From NCBI GenBank assembly GCA_950097015.1, contig CATNEN010000001.1, positions 620,001 through 684,000 of the forward strand: a stretch of DNA of 64,000 bases, given 5' to 3'. The position numbers were made by a program, and so were the translations under genes. The notes beneath the pieces are model-generated. The model did not search any database. It worked only from the letters and a program-made list of their open reading frames with translations, and had not been told where the DNA came from. The stretch's first letter is position 1; the number at the start of each line of letters is the position of its first letter. Of the stretch, positions 13,993 to 28,900 are shown piece after piece. The stretch comes from Macrostomum hystrix (taxonomy: Eukaryota; Animalia; Platyhelminthes).

Positions 13993-16900
13993 GTTGGCCT
14001 TGCAGCAGGTGCAATATTCGCAACCTTTGTCAATGTTTCCAGTCCAGCCTGTTCAGTATCAGCAGCTGCAGCAGCAGCAGCAGCAGCCATCTGTTCATCA
14101 TTATCCGCTGCAGAGATCTAGCGTGCATTTGTCGCACCATCAGCAGCAGCAGCAGCAGCAGCAGCATCAGCAGCATCAGCTAAGTGGCGGGTCGCCTCGT
14201 CGTCGTCTGCCCTACAAAATGTCGCCGACGCCCAGTGAGCAAGAATTCGCCGACATGCACGAGCCGCCGTGTCTGGGCATTCCCCAACAGGCTGGGCCGG
14301 CATTCTTAACCTCGCATCACCTGGCCAGAGCTGCCTCTCGTGGCGCCGAATCGCCGCACATTCTGACGACGCCTCAGTCGACGCCTCCATCAGGAGCAGC
14401 TCTACCAGCCGGACCATCCGGTGGACCGCTGCGACGCGCGGTTCTGGTCAAGGCCAACACCATCGATCAGCCGGGAAATCGGCAGCAGCAGGCCGACTTT
14501 CCGGCATTCGCGCCGCCAGATAGTCGACGAAAATTCTCCGATACCTATGTGCTCCGTAGGAACTCGCCGCAGTTGCTGCCACCTCCGGCTAACGTGTCGC
14601 CTCACCAGAACCAGCACCACTATCACTATCACCAGCAGCAGCAGCACTACTCTTATCAGCAGCAGTACCAACTTCCTCAGCAGGATCCATTGAATCCGGC
14701 AATGCTAGCGCGTCAGAGTCTGGTCGCAGCTCTACTGACGGCCGCTGATCAAACTTCGCCGAAGCCTCGTAGATCTAGCGGCGGCGGTGGTGGCGGCGCG
14801 GGTTCGCCCTCGCCGAAACTGTCGCCTTACAATCTGAGTCCACGTAGTCTGTCCCCAGCTCACCGTGGCCACAGTCGTGCCGGCTCTCTGTCAACATTTG
14901 GCGCGGCCAGTGGCTTCGCCTCGGGAGTGGGGGGCTCCTCTTTGGCAGACAATAACAATGCCTCTAGCGGCTTTTTCCTACCGCGAACCAGCATGGAGGC
15001 TCTGGGCTCTCTGCCTCGCATTACCATCAGTCCGCACGTGCCCGAAGCAGACGAGGAGCCTTCAGCGTCGGCGTCCCAGAAAGAAAATTCGCAGCAATCG
15101 CAGCAGCAGCAGCAGTTGCAGCCGTACAGGCTGGATGGAGTTCGCAGCGAGCTTGGCAGTCCGGTAGGCTTGCAGATTGATCAGAGTCACTCCAAGTCGG
15201 ATACATCGCTGGTTTCCATGCGATTCGCTAGCGGCAGTTCCATTGGAGCCGCATCCAGCGGCGCAGAAGGCAGCGCCGAAGGCAGCGCCGTCGTTAAAGG
15301 AACCTCGACAGCTGCCGGGACGTCAAATATCTCGACGACGATGACTCGCTCCTGGTCCTCTATGGAGAATCTCAGCGCTCTGGCGTCCAACTCAAATCGC
15401 AATCAGGCGCATCACCAGCAGCCGCATCAGCTGTCGCCCCTCCGTCACGTTGACGTCACAATCCCGTCAATGATTGACGAACTATCTGGCGCGGTTGCGC
15501 CGTCTCCGTCGATGCTTCAGGTGCCAACGGACGCTGTGGTTGGTGAGACAATTAACGGGTCGGCTGGCGTCCCGGGCGAAAATCTTCACCCGACGTCGCG
15601 CTCGCGCAGCATACTTCGCGCTCAGACTGTGGACGATGCTGATTCCGGCTTCGTCAGTCGCAGGCCGCAGCGAGCGTCTCTGGTTGACTTTGTCAGCTGG
15701 CCGCACTTCATTCCCGAGACAGTCAATCCCAGGGCTGGTTGCACTTTTCAAGGTAAGCCGGATGCTGTGTCTATAATAGTTCTACTCCTAGCTGACCCCG
15801 GGGACAGCAAAAGTCACACGGGGGAAAAACGTCGAAACTTTTCACTGATTAAAAATTGCGTGTTTAACAACAATGGGCCTTTTATTATTACTAGTAATTA
15901 ATGTTTTTTTCATTTATCCAATTGGCTACAGTCCGGTGAGATAACTGTAACTGAATTAAGGTCCGAATAATCGTGCCGCCGGCTGCAAAGTCAATTAGAT
16001 GATTGAAGCTTCAGATGGTGCACGACCTGTCAAGATTCGTGTACAATATTCGTGTACTTTTCGTGGCTCATGAGACGAACTCATAATTTTTTATCCGCTA
16101 AAAACTGTGCCGTCAGGTAAAGATAAAATAGGTCTATCTATTCCTGTTTCCTTCGAGGAAACAGGGGAAGGGGGCAAGGGGAGAAAGAGACGGGGCAAGG
16201 GGAGAAAGAGACGGGGCAAGGGGAGAAAGAGACGGGGCAAGGGGAGAAAGAGACGGGGCAAGGGGAGAAAGAGACGGGGCAAGGGGAGAAAGAGACGGGG
16301 CAAGGGGAGAAAGAGACGGGGCAAGGGGAGAAAGAGACGGGGCAAGGGGCATTGCTGTCCTTGATTTGAAATATTAGTTTTTCTACTACACACCAAACTG
16401 TCGCCGGCTGGCCCAATTGCCCAGTCGCATACTCGGTCGAGTGTATTCCGAGTGGCGCTAGACAATTTCCTGAAACAGAGTGACTAGGTACAGAGAGCTT
16501 GGGAGATACAATGGGAACGGGAGTTGCAACGATTCAAGTGGAAATTTTTGCCAAGGTTGCCTGTTTCGTGTGGGCGGAGATTTGAAGGCTCGGGAGAGCT
16601 TTAAAAAATTATGCACTTAAAATTGCGCTCTCAATCTGTCGTCTAGCAGACATTTGTTTTTTTAAATCGAATTATGAAATCAACCTCTTGGACCAAAACG
16701 CGGCTGGTAGATGACAATCCTTAGATACTGCAGAATCTAAACAAGGGTATGTCATGATTTCAATCTCCTAAACACGTGTACATTTTTCATCTAATGTACT
16801 TTTGCGAGCAGATCGTGCAAAGTATTCTGCGGTGACCACAAAACCCTTCAATTAATATTTATACCCGCAGCCAGCGAGGAGGCAATTCTGCCCGTTTCAT

Positions 16901-19900
16901 TGACTCCTGAGCACACACTCACACACGTGTGTACATCTGCTCTGACTTTCTCATCGTCAGACAGTGTACACTCTCACTGTGCCTTGGAGGTTGGCCCTCA
17001 AGGGCGTAAATTTCACGACAAGCCCCCAGAGCCTTCTCTCCGCGGCTGCGACCCAAATGAATGTGGCCTCGCCGCGAAATCGAGCTCAGGGACCTTGGTG
17101 CGAGAGTACAATGCGTTAGACCGATTAAAAAATTTTTATCGTTGCTTTTTTCGATTTAACGGAATAAGGACAGAGCGACAATCGTTAAATGAACGAAGTT
17201 GGTAGAAAATGTTAACTAGATTACCCACCAAAGTAAAATACCTGTTCCAATAGATGACAAAAGTTTTGTCGATTTAATGGCTGCAGCGATGTAGATAATA
17301 CAGTACAACCCGGTTGACAGACAGGTGGTGTTAAGACACAACGCCATCAGTGGTTTTTCCTGTCGCAGAAGCTTTGCCTAAGGATTCACTACTAGGCAAC
17401 GCAGGCAGTTTTTTTCAGTTTTTTTTCTTTGAGCTTGTTTGCCACCGGCTCATTTTTATTTGACTAAGAGAAAGCCGTACACTACTGCTCACTGCTTTCT
17501 AGCCAAGTCTGTCCTGTGTGAAGCATTCGCGCCACAAGAAAACTATTCAGACACTGCGGCTTGCCACCTCGCAGCGGATGCTGCTGCTGTTGCTGCTGCT
17601 GCTTTTTCATCTACAGTCCCTTGAAAAGACAATACAAAGGCTTAGCTATATTGTCTTCCCCCTTTGTCACCTTCTAACTAATGCTACAGCTGCGAGGCAG
17701 ACTCTCGGAAGAAAAATCGTGTGCATTCAGCCTTCTAACAAATAATGAACATTTATTTGTTTGTAGCAGCAAAAAATGTGACGTGAAGTTTTATTTCTGC
17801 TTTGTTGCATGAAAAATGTTTGACAATTTGAGCAAGCAATCAAACCAGCTGCACAGGATCAAATTGCGATTCGGTTTTGCTAAATATTAATAACTCACCT
17901 GCCCTACGCCTTAGCAATAGCACGATTGACTTGTTTTCCAATCAGAATTTCATCAGCAGGCTATCATATGTTTGGTGGCTTAATCAGCAATATGGCTTGC
18001 AATTTTATTTAAACTTACAACTTGCTTTTTTCCCACGCCCGGGTGTGACGTCCCCCCATGTGGTGTCCATGGACTGAACAGCCGTACGCAGCCTTCAGAT
18101 GCGCCGCGCAATAGCTGCTGCTGTGCTGTCGGCTGCCTAATTGGGGCAGGTGTAATCCATTAATAACATAGGGAAAGTCTGAAATTAATATATCCACTGA
18201 GGTCAATTATTCAGGCAGTGAGACAGGAGGAGAGAGACTGAGAGAAAGGAGAAAGGACTCAAACCCCACAGGCACTAAGGATTTTAATAAAAAACTGAAT
18301 CTTCTAATTCACTATTTTCGCCAGTTCAGCGACTGACGGAGACAGAGAAACAGTTGGGGTGAATAGAAAGACACGATCATAATATATTAATGTGTGACTA
18401 CAGCTCATTCTCTCAGCTCTGCTGCTGACATCTTTGTGCCAAAAAGACCGAATTAAAACCCTGATGGCTGCAGTTCTCAAACTGATATTCTTCTGCAAAT
18501 TGCTTTGTTAAAACACGCACACGCTCCAGGGACAGCTATATATTGAGATCAAAGACAAGCCTCTAAATCATCCATTAACTCGCATAGGAGACTACTGGTT
18601 AGTTAGTTATTACTTCGCCATTAAAATTTACAATTAATCAACCATATATAAATGTGAATAAGCTGCTTGCTATAATGTTAATAATAGTAACAATAATTGC
18701 AGGAGGGCTGCGGGCAGTAGAAAATCATTTGGTGACACTAGACCCGCAGCCAGCGAGGAGGCAATTCTGCCCATTTCGCTGACTCCTGAGCGCACACGTA
18801 CACAGATACTGTACGCAGGCACACGCTCACACAGGTGGGTACATCTGCCCTGACTTTCTCATCGTCAGGCAGTGTACACTCCCACTGTGCCTTGGGGGTT
18901 GGCCCTCAAGGGCGTAAATTGCACGACAAGCCCCCAAGCCTTCTCTCCGCGGCTGCGCCCCAAATAAATGTGGCCTCGCCGTGGAATCGAACTTAGGGAC
19001 CGGGTTGCGAGAGGCAAACGCGTTAACCGCTCTGCCACCGACCCCATTTTGCTATACTGTTAAGATTATAGTATTTTCTTCCAGTATGAAATACACTCAG
19101 CAACATTAACCGCCACCCTAGAGCGAGGGAAACGATTCATCTCAACTCACTACCACAAATGACGCAATGTGCACCTGAGAGAGAGGTGAAAAACCGCGAA
19201 TGACGCAATGCACTCTGCTCACCCACCCCGACTCCGTAAGCAGAGAAACGAAAGAGAGTCAAACTACCTGACAGTAGCATGGAAATTCGGGTGTGTTATT
19301 AAATAACTGCTGCCTCCAGTGAATTCGCTGCATCGCCCACAGCTCTCGTGTGGCGCAGTTAGCAGGCGTCAGTCGGGGGCGCTTGCGCTTCTTCCGGCAG
19401 CGCAGCCCAGCCGCCCAAATTCTCCGTCGAATTGTTTGGGCGCTCAAGATGTTCCCGCGCCTGCTTCTTTCACCCCAGATGAGTCGAAGCAATGTGGCAG
19501 GCAAGGTGGGGTTTCCCCTCACAATTCGCAGCAGTCGCCGATCAGCCCTTGCTGTGCTGCGCAGATGACCACGCTGGACTCCACGACTTGCGTGCGCGAC
19601 ACTGCCAGTGTCTCTGGACTTCTGCAGAAGGCTGCGAATCGTCGAGCGTGATCTGCCGAATTGACGGGCTACTGCTCGGATGGACATTCCGGCCTCAAGC
19701 ATGCCTATGGCTCGCCATCGTTCACCATCGGTCATGTGGCGGACCATTTTGGAGATAACGAGTAGTACTGGTTACTGTTAGCTGCATTTTGACTGAGTGT
19801 GCTAAATCATCCATTTTGAACTTCGCCATAACAATTTTACCCACCCCCACTCTCCCACGGTAGCTCTCCTTGCAGTCAGGTGCACATTACGTAATTTGCG

Positions 19901-22900
19901 GCAGTGAGCTGAGATCAACCGTTCCCCTCGCTCTAGGGTGGCGGTTTTTAAAGTTGCTGAGTATATATTGCTAGACTGGACACTGGTGTTAAGTCTTGTA
20001 GTTAAGCGCTTGGCCAAGCGCTTGGTTAAGCGTAAGACCATGGTCTTTCTTTTATTACATTGTACCCTTCACTTGGAATTCTAGTCCCAGAGATCGGCCG
20101 CCTCTCTCTCTGTCTCTCTCTCTTCCTCTCTCGTGATGGAAGTGCAAAGGAGTGGCAAAGGGTTTCTCGAAAATGGTTCTGGTTATGTTGTTTGAGGGGA
20201 ACTGTAGATAGGGCTGTGGACTGAACTAGAGGCGTTGTGGGATAGAATGGAGGAGGCTATGGGAGACCTCAATATCGTCAGCCTGATGAATTATGCATTT
20301 CATTCACCCTTCTCTCTCTAGCTCCATCTCGCTTAGTCTATCCTGCTGTAAACGAGATCTAGCTATAGGGCATTGCAATCGGGTTTAAGAGCTAATTCAG
20401 CCTTTAGCTGTATGACTTGATGGGAGAAAACACTGCAGTGTGCAGGTCCCAGTCATGGACCGATTCCACTTAGATCAGCCCTTCTGAAATCGGTTGAGCG
20501 TATGCAACATAACTTGACAGACTTTTTCACTGTACTGCAACTCAGGCATCTGAAATCAAATAATTTCTAACTAGGCTTTGAGCAACTCCGCGTCTAACTT
20601 GTAAGGTCGCCTAGTGTCTGCTTAAAAAGTGCAACAGGAACCCTGCCCGACTTCTTGATAAAGTTTTTAGTGCACGGAAAGCAAGCCAATCTAACAAATG
20701 GACACAGAAGAAATGACAGATTCCTCAACCAATCTACCAAAGATGACAAACTGCAAGAATGGCAGATTCCTCAACCGATCTACCAAAGATGACAAACTGC
20801 AAGAGTGACAGATTCCTCAACCGATCTACCAAAGATGACAAACTGCAAGAATGGCAGATTCCTCAACCGATCTACCAAAGATGACAAACTGCAAGAGTGA
20901 CAGATTCCTCAACCGATCTACCAAAGATGACAAACTGCAAGAATGGCAGATTCCTCAACCGATCTACCAAAGATGACAAACTGCAAGAATGGCAGATTCC
21001 TCAACCGATCTACCAAAGATGACAAACTGCAAGAGTGACAGATTCCTCAACCGATCTACCAAAGATGACAAACTGCAAGAATGACAGAACCAAAGATGAC
21101 AAACTACAAGAGTGATAGATTCCTCAACCAATCTACCAAAGATCTACCAACTAACTACAAGAGTGACAGATTCCTCAACCAATTTACCAAAGATGACAAA
21201 CTGCAAGAGTGACAGATTCCTCAACCAATTTACCAAAGATGACAAACTGCAAGAATGGCAGATTCCGCAACCAATCTACCAAAGATGACAAACTGCAAGA
21301 GTGACAGATTCCTCAACCAATCTATCAAAGATGACAAACTGCAAGAATGGCAGATTCCTCAACCAATCTACCAAATATTACAAACTGCAAGAGTGACAGA
21401 ACCAAAGATGACAAACTTCAAGAATGACGGAACCAAAGATGACAAACTACAAGAATGACAGAACCAAAGATGACAAACTACAAGAATGACAGAACCAAAG
21501 ATGACAAACTGCAAGAATGGCAGATTCCTCAACCAATCTACCAAAGATGACAAACTACAAGAGTGACAGAACCAAATATTACAAACTACAAGAGTGACAG
21601 AACCAAATATTACAAACTACAAGAATGACAGAACCAAAGATGACAAACTACAAGAGTGACAGAACCAAATATGACAAACTACAAGAATGACAGAACCAAA
21701 GATGACAAACTACAAGAATGACAGAACCAAAGATGACAAACTACAAGAATGACAGAACCAAAGATGACAAACTTCAAGAATGACAGAACCAAAGATGACA
21801 AACTACAAGAATGACAGAACCAAATATGACAAACTTCAAGAATGACAGAACCAAAGATGACAAACTACAAGAGTGACAGAACCAAAGATGACAAACTACA
21901 AGAGTGACAGAACCAAATATGACAAACTACAAGAATGACAGAACCAAAGATGACAAACTACAAGAATGACAGAACCAAAGTTGACAAACTTCAAGAATGA
22001 CAGAACCAAAGATGACAAACTACAAGAATGACAGAACCAAATATGACAAACTTCAAGAATGACAGAACCAAAGATGACAAACTACAAGAATGACAGAACC
22101 AAAGATGACAAACTTCAAGAGTGACAGAACCAAAGATGACAAACTACAAGAATGACAGAACCAAAGATGACAAACTACAAGAATGACAGAACCAAAGATG
22201 ACAAACTACAAGAGTGACAGAACCGAAGATGACAAACTACAAGAATTACAGAACCGAAGATGACAAACTAGAAGAATGACAGAACCAAAGATGACAAACT
22301 AGAAGAATGACTGAACCAATGATGACAAACTACAAGAACGGCAGATTCGACAAACAATGTACCAAAGACTGCAAAGACTACAATGTTGACAGATTCGCAA
22401 ACCAAACTAACACTCGGAAAAAAGTCCATCTGTTGATTTTCTTGTATCGGACATTGCTAGGCACAAGTCTCTTGTCGATTTTTTCTCTAAAATAAATGTA
22501 CCCTTACACCGCACGAATTAAATCAATATCACCAAAACAGTTTGAGGCTGATGCCCGGTTGAGCAGCATTGTGAAAAAGTGCCATTGTGATTCAGTCTAG
22601 AGCTCGCCTCGAGCAAGTTTCGGAAATTCAATTTATTTTTTTCAGTGCTTTTTTTTATCGATCCGGTTTTATTAAGCCATCGTTTGGAACATGACAAACC
22701 AAGCGGACAGCATGACCGGGTTAGAAGGTAGATTAAATCGAAAGTTAAAAGTACATGGAATGATTCGACTCCATTTTTTTATTTTCAGGCCAGAGTCTGC
22801 TCTCCTGGTTGACCAGTTCGGCTCATTTTCTCAACGTCAAAGCTCGTGGCGAATTGTATCTATTTGTTAATCAGGTTTGCACCTGCCTATTGGCATTGGG

Positions 22901-25900
22901 CGTGATTCGGCATCTGCAGGGCGATGCGCCGAATTCAGTTTTTAGAGTGAGTTCCCATTGCGGATATTATTTTCTGTCGGAAATGGGAAATGCAAAACTT
23001 ATATTACATTTTTATCGTTAATTTCTGTTGTCTCGCTTCTTTGACTTCACACATCCTTGATCTGTAACTCCGTAGTGTATTTTTAGGCAAAACCCAGCCT
23101 TCTCCCGTTATTCTGTTCCTAAGTAATCTTTGAATGCATGTTGCGATAAATAATAATAATAATAATAATAATTGATTACACCTGCCCTAATCGGGTCAGA
23201 TGTGCAGCCGACAGCACAGCCGCAGCCATTGCGCGGCGCATCTGAAGGCTGCGTACAGCTGTTCAGTCCATGGACTGGGGGGACGCCACGCCCACCTTCA
23301 ATTATCCCAGCTAATGCTGGTACCCATTTAACAGCTGGGTGAACTGAAACAATGCAGAGTTAAGTGTCTTGCTAAAGGACACAAATTGTTTAAGTGGAGA
23401 CGGGAATCGAACCCCCGACCTTCAAGTCGTGAGTCCGACGCCCTAACCACTAGGCTACAACCTCTTCTCCCCTGGCGATAAAACAAAGATGAAACCTTAA
23501 TTAAGTCCTTAACTTCCTCACTATGACTAGGTGCTTATTTTTAGTCCTATAAAAGTCTCCCACAGGGTCATGTCTATGGTGAAAAGTCGATCTAATTATA
23601 AACAAATACCTTGTAGTCTACGAGTTTGAAACATTAGAAACTTTGCATTAGAAAAACCCAGAGTACTTTGACCACTTGGATACTAGCGGTTCCAAAATTG
23701 GTTTCCCAATCGGAAAACATGTCCCACGACACGCCCAACATGAGTCCTAAGTAAATAGTATCCTACAAGTGGCTCTCAAGCATGAACTACAATCTGAAGG
23801 CGCAGTGCCCAGAGTTCTACTTCGCTGATCGTATCTCAATCACGGTTCTTTATCCCGTACTGCCAGGGGAGCTGAAAGCAAATCCATTAGCCTCTACCGA
23901 ATTGCAGCCCCACGAGTTCTACGAATGGTGCACTGTACCGCCAGCTCAGCAGCAGCAACAGCAGGCGCAGCAGCAGCAGCAACAACAACAGCAGCAGCAG
24001 CCGCAGCAGCACCTGTCGCCTTCAAGACGTCAGCAACGCCAGCTTCAGCAGCAGCAAACTATTAGTGAAAGTGTCGACGATGCGTATCCAACACCAGCCA
24101 CTACGGCCGCCGCCGCTTCAGCCGCCTATGCCCAAGCCAAAAAGGAGTTTGAGGAGCGTTTAAATCGACTCCGACTCGAGCACAAGGAGGAACTGGAGCG
24201 GCAGCGACAAGATGCCGACTTGAGAATTTTTCAAGCCAAAAATGAAAGCGTCATGAAAGTCTGCAGCCTGCGCGACAAGATCGAACAGTTGGAACAGCGA
24301 GTTGAGAAGTACAGAATTCTCGCTGGCATTGAGGGCCTACTGAGTGGACAAGATGCTGCAGCGGTTGCTGCAGCGGCCGCCGCAGCCGTCTCAAGCACAT
24401 CCACAACTGTGAGATCTGCCGGTACGGCTTACGCGTTGGGATCTATATCCTTGCTAGGTGGAAACGGATCGACTTTGAATTCTACATCCGTCGCCGGACC
24501 AGTAGCTCAAATTGTCTGCTTCGAAAAGTCGGTTGACACCAGCGACATTCAACAGGTTCTCGGCGATCTCAGCAGCAGCAGCCCGGAATCGCGCAGTCCT
24601 CTAGCCAGCGCGTCTGATTGTCCCATTGTCACTACTGACGCTCAAACACAGACGGACGCTTCCAGCTTCGCGGCACCTTCACCACCGCCTCCTCCGCCGC
24701 CCCCGCCACCGCCTCCGCCACCGCCTCCGCCACCACCTCCACCGCCGCCGCCACCTCGACCCAGCAGTCTATGCGGCGCCTCCAAGACTGAGCACAACCA
24801 GCATGGTCAGCAGCAGTCGGGCTCTCATGTTCGCGTTAAAGACCAGATCCTTCACTGGCAGGAGCAATCCGTAGAGCCTTCGCGTCGAGCCTGCCTAAAT
24901 CTAAAGACTCTCTACTGGGCGCCAATCTATTTGAACCGACTACCGCCAGGCAAGGCCGGTGTTTGGGAGTCGGTCGAGCGGCTGGCCCTGCCAAACTCGC
25001 GCGACCTTGAGCGCCTATTCGCTCGGCCGCAACACGAGCTGGTCAAAGCTCGTCACAGCAGCGCCGGCAGTGGCCAGATCAGCTCCAGCCCTACGGTATT
25101 GACAGATGCTTGCAAATCGGCTCCGCTTGCGAAATTGTTAAACCCTAAACGCGCCCAGAATCTTGGTATCTTCATCGCTGCCACCCAGATAGACAAGGAG
25201 GCTCTCTACTCGTGTCTAGTTGCCTTCGAGACTGGTGGCATTTCCATGGAGAAGCTCAAACAGCTACGCGACCTCACGCCGAGCCAGGAAGAGATGGCGC
25301 AGATTAAAGAGTTTGTTGCAGCGAATCCTGTCTCGGTTTTAGATCGACCTGAAAGGTGAGTTTTTGTGGGGTCGGTGGCAGAGCGAGGTCCCTGAGCTCG
25401 ATTCCGCGTTGACGCCACATTGATTGGGGCGCAACCGGCGAGAGAAGGCTTTGGGCCTTGTCGTGCAATTTACGACCCTAAGGCTGCGGGCCATGGCACA
25501 TAACTTGGTGACACTAGACCCAAAGCCAGCGAGGAGGCAATTTTCCTGACCTCACACTCACACAGATACTGTACGCAGGCACACGCTCACACACAGGTGT
25601 GTACATCTGCCCTGACTTTCTCATTGTCATGCAGTGTACATGTACAATTCACTGTGCGTTGGAGGTTGGCCCTCAATGGCGTAAATTGCACGACAAGCCC
25701 CCAAGCAATCTCACCGCGGCTGCGCCCCAAATAAATGTGACCTCGACATGGAATCGAACTTATGGACCGTGGTGCTCTGCCACCGACCCACCCGCACGGC
25801 AGATGTACACACCTGTGTGAGCGTGTGCCTGCGTACAGTATCTGTGTGCGTGCGTGCTCAGGAGTCATGCTCAGGGTTTCAGGCCTCCAGCAATTATTAC

Positions 25901-28900
25901 TATTAGTTATTAAGGTCTGCTCAGTATTTCTGTCCTAGTTACGATCAGCATGTGTCCGTTAATCCAACAAACTACATGAACCACAGATTTCTGCTGTCAA
26001 TCTCGGAGATTCCGTTCTTCTCCGAGCGGCTGCACTGTATGCTGTTTCAGCTTGAACACGAGGACTGCGTCACTGCTCTCGAGTCTCGCGTCACAGCCCT
26101 CATCTCAGTTTGTCGTCAGCTGTACGAGAGTCGAGCAGTGAGACGCGTCCTTAGTCTGGTCCTGGCGTTGGGCAATCTGCTCAACTATGGCACCAGTCGC
26201 GGTCGAGCGGACGGCTTTGGCTTGGAGATTCTGGGCAAGCTCAAGGATTTGCGATCTTCCGTGAGTTCTTTAGAATGCCATCAGAATATCGGAACTGTTT
26301 TAACTGCCTGACAACTGAGTTCCCTGGAATTAAATCGGGTTTCTTTTCAGGCTGAGCACACGAAAATTTCACAGCGTTACTTCAAGGTTAATCGTATTAA
26401 TTTTTCTGATACAATGCGGCCCAGTAAAATGTTTCTGTGCTGTTAATTTTCTAAAAAAACTTGACATCTCTGTTACGATTTGTTAATTTCTACTTTCGAT
26501 TTTAGATTTTGTTAGTAGTATGTTTCGAGTTATTTTCAATTGTTTTTCAACCTTCTTTCATGAACCATGAAGTTAGGGAGCTTGTAAGCTTGGTTTGGGG
26601 GTCGCTGGCAGAGCGGTTAACGCGTTTGCCTCTCGCACCAAGGTCCCTAAGTTCGATTCCACGGCGAAGCCACATTTATTTGGGGTGCAGCCGCGGAGAG
26701 AAGGCTTGGGGGCTTGTCGTGCAATTTACGCCCTTGAGGGCCAACCTCCAAGGCACAGTGGGAGTGTACACTGCCTGACGATGAGAAAGTCAGGGCAGAT
26801 GTACACACCTGTGTGAGCGTATGCCTGCGTACAGTATTTGTGTGCGTGTGTGCTCAGGAGTCAGCGAAATGGGCAGAATTGCCTCCTCGCTGGCTGCGGG
26901 TCTAGTGTCACTAAGTGATGTGCCACTGCCCGTAGCCCTCCTGCAATTTTTATTATTATTATTATTATGCCTGTGGTTCGATTCTCAGTCTAAACGATGA
27001 AGCTTGTGTCCTCAAACAACAGTCACCTTCATGAGTTGCAAACTATCATTCTGCAGGAAAACACATGCACCCTGTTCCAAGTTCTCGTCAGCATGTACAT
27101 CGACGAACACTGGGAGAGTGGAGGTCCGGAGCTCGGTACGGTGATCCCATTTCCCCTGCCAGATCCAGAGGAGGTTAAACAGGCCGCAGAGGTGGATTTG
27201 CCTGGTCTTAGAGGCGAAATTCGGCACCTGTCGGCTAGACTACTGGCTAATGAGAAAATTGTTAGAAAAGTGGCTAGCTCGTCGACGCCAGACGAACGAG
27301 AACCGTTTGCTAGCAAGATGATCGCCTTCTTGGATAGAGGTGAGTTTTGCAACTGCGATTATTAAATTCTTCCTGCCAGAAATAACTAGTTTTTCGTCAC
27401 ATTTTCTACCACCATTTTCCAGCCAAGCAAGATCTTAGCGACTTTCGCGAAACTGTGACAGACGCCGAGACTTGTTATTCGAATATTCTCATGTACTTTT
27501 GCCAGCCACCGGCCACAACGCCGAAAGATTTTTTTAGTCATTGGGCGGCATTTTGCACAGACTTCAAAGAGCAGCTAAGGCGGCAGGTTAATCTCAGACA
27601 GCGTGGAATAACGTGAGTCAACACCTTCACGATGACCTTCACGAGTACCTTGCACAATGACCCACTGCTACAAACCCTAGTACAATTAACAATGACCCAC
27701 TGCTACAAACCCTAGTACCATTAACACTGACCCACTGCTACAAACCCTAGTACCATTAACAATGACCCACTGCTACAAACCCTTGTACCATTAACAATGA
27801 CCCACTGCTACAAACCCTAGTACCATTCAGAATGACCCACTGCTACAAACCCTAGTACCATTCACAATGACCCACTGCTACAAACCCTAGTACCACTCAC
27901 AATGACCCACTGCTATAACGCTATAATCATTCACAATGACCCAACTGCTACAAACCCTAGTACCATTCACAATGACCCTCTGCTTTAACGCTATAATCAT
28001 TCACAATGACCCACTGCTACAAACCCTAGTACCATTCACAATGACCCACTGCTTTAACGCTATAATCATTCACAATGACCCACTGCTACAAACCCTAGTA
28101 CCATTCACAATGACCCTCTGCTTTAACGCTATAATCATTCACAATGACCCACTGCTACAAACCCTAGTACCATTCACAATGACCCACTGCTACAAACCCT
28201 AGTACCATTCACAATGACCCACTGCTACAAACCCTAGTACCATTCACAATGACCCACTGCTACAAACCCTAGTACCATTCACAATGACCCTCTGCTTTAA
28301 CGCTATAATCATTCACAATGACCCACTGCTACAAACCCTAGTACCATTCACAATGACCCACTGCTACAAACCCTAGTACCATTCACAATGACCCACTGCT
28401 ACAAACCCTAGTACCATTCACAATGACCCACTGCTACAAACCCTAGTACCATTCACAATGACCCACTGCTACAAACCCTAGTACCATTCACAATGACCCT
28501 CTGCTTTAACGCTATAATCATTCACAATGACCCACTGCTACAAACCCTAGTACCATTCACAATGACCCACTGCTACAAACCCTAGTACCATTCACAATGA
28601 CCCACTGCTACAAACCCTAGTACCATTCACAATGACCCACTGCTACAAACCCTAGTACCATTCACAATGACCCACTGCTACAAACCCTAGTACCATTCAC
28701 AATGACCCTCTGCTACAAACCCTAGTTACCATTCACAATGACCCACTGCTACAAACCCTAGTACCATTCACAATGACCCACTGCTTTAACGCTATAATCA
28801 TTCACAATGACCCACTGCTACAAACCCTAGTACCATTCACAATGACCCTCTGCTTTAACGCTATAATCATTCACAATGACCCACTGCTACAAACCCTAGT

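Noticed and set aside
13595-15776. Many overlapping short ORFs in alternative frames
   Set aside because: By-products of GC-rich CAG/GGC-repeat coding sequence in formin exon 1.
16091-16465. Repetitive ORFs (GKGRKRR)n / (LPLPRLF)n
   Set aside because: Translations of a 21-bp intronic tandem repeat.
23390-23465. tRNA gene
   Set aside because: The tRNA-like head continues into a repeated body and (ATT)n tail, so it is a SINE. The same applies to the family A heads.
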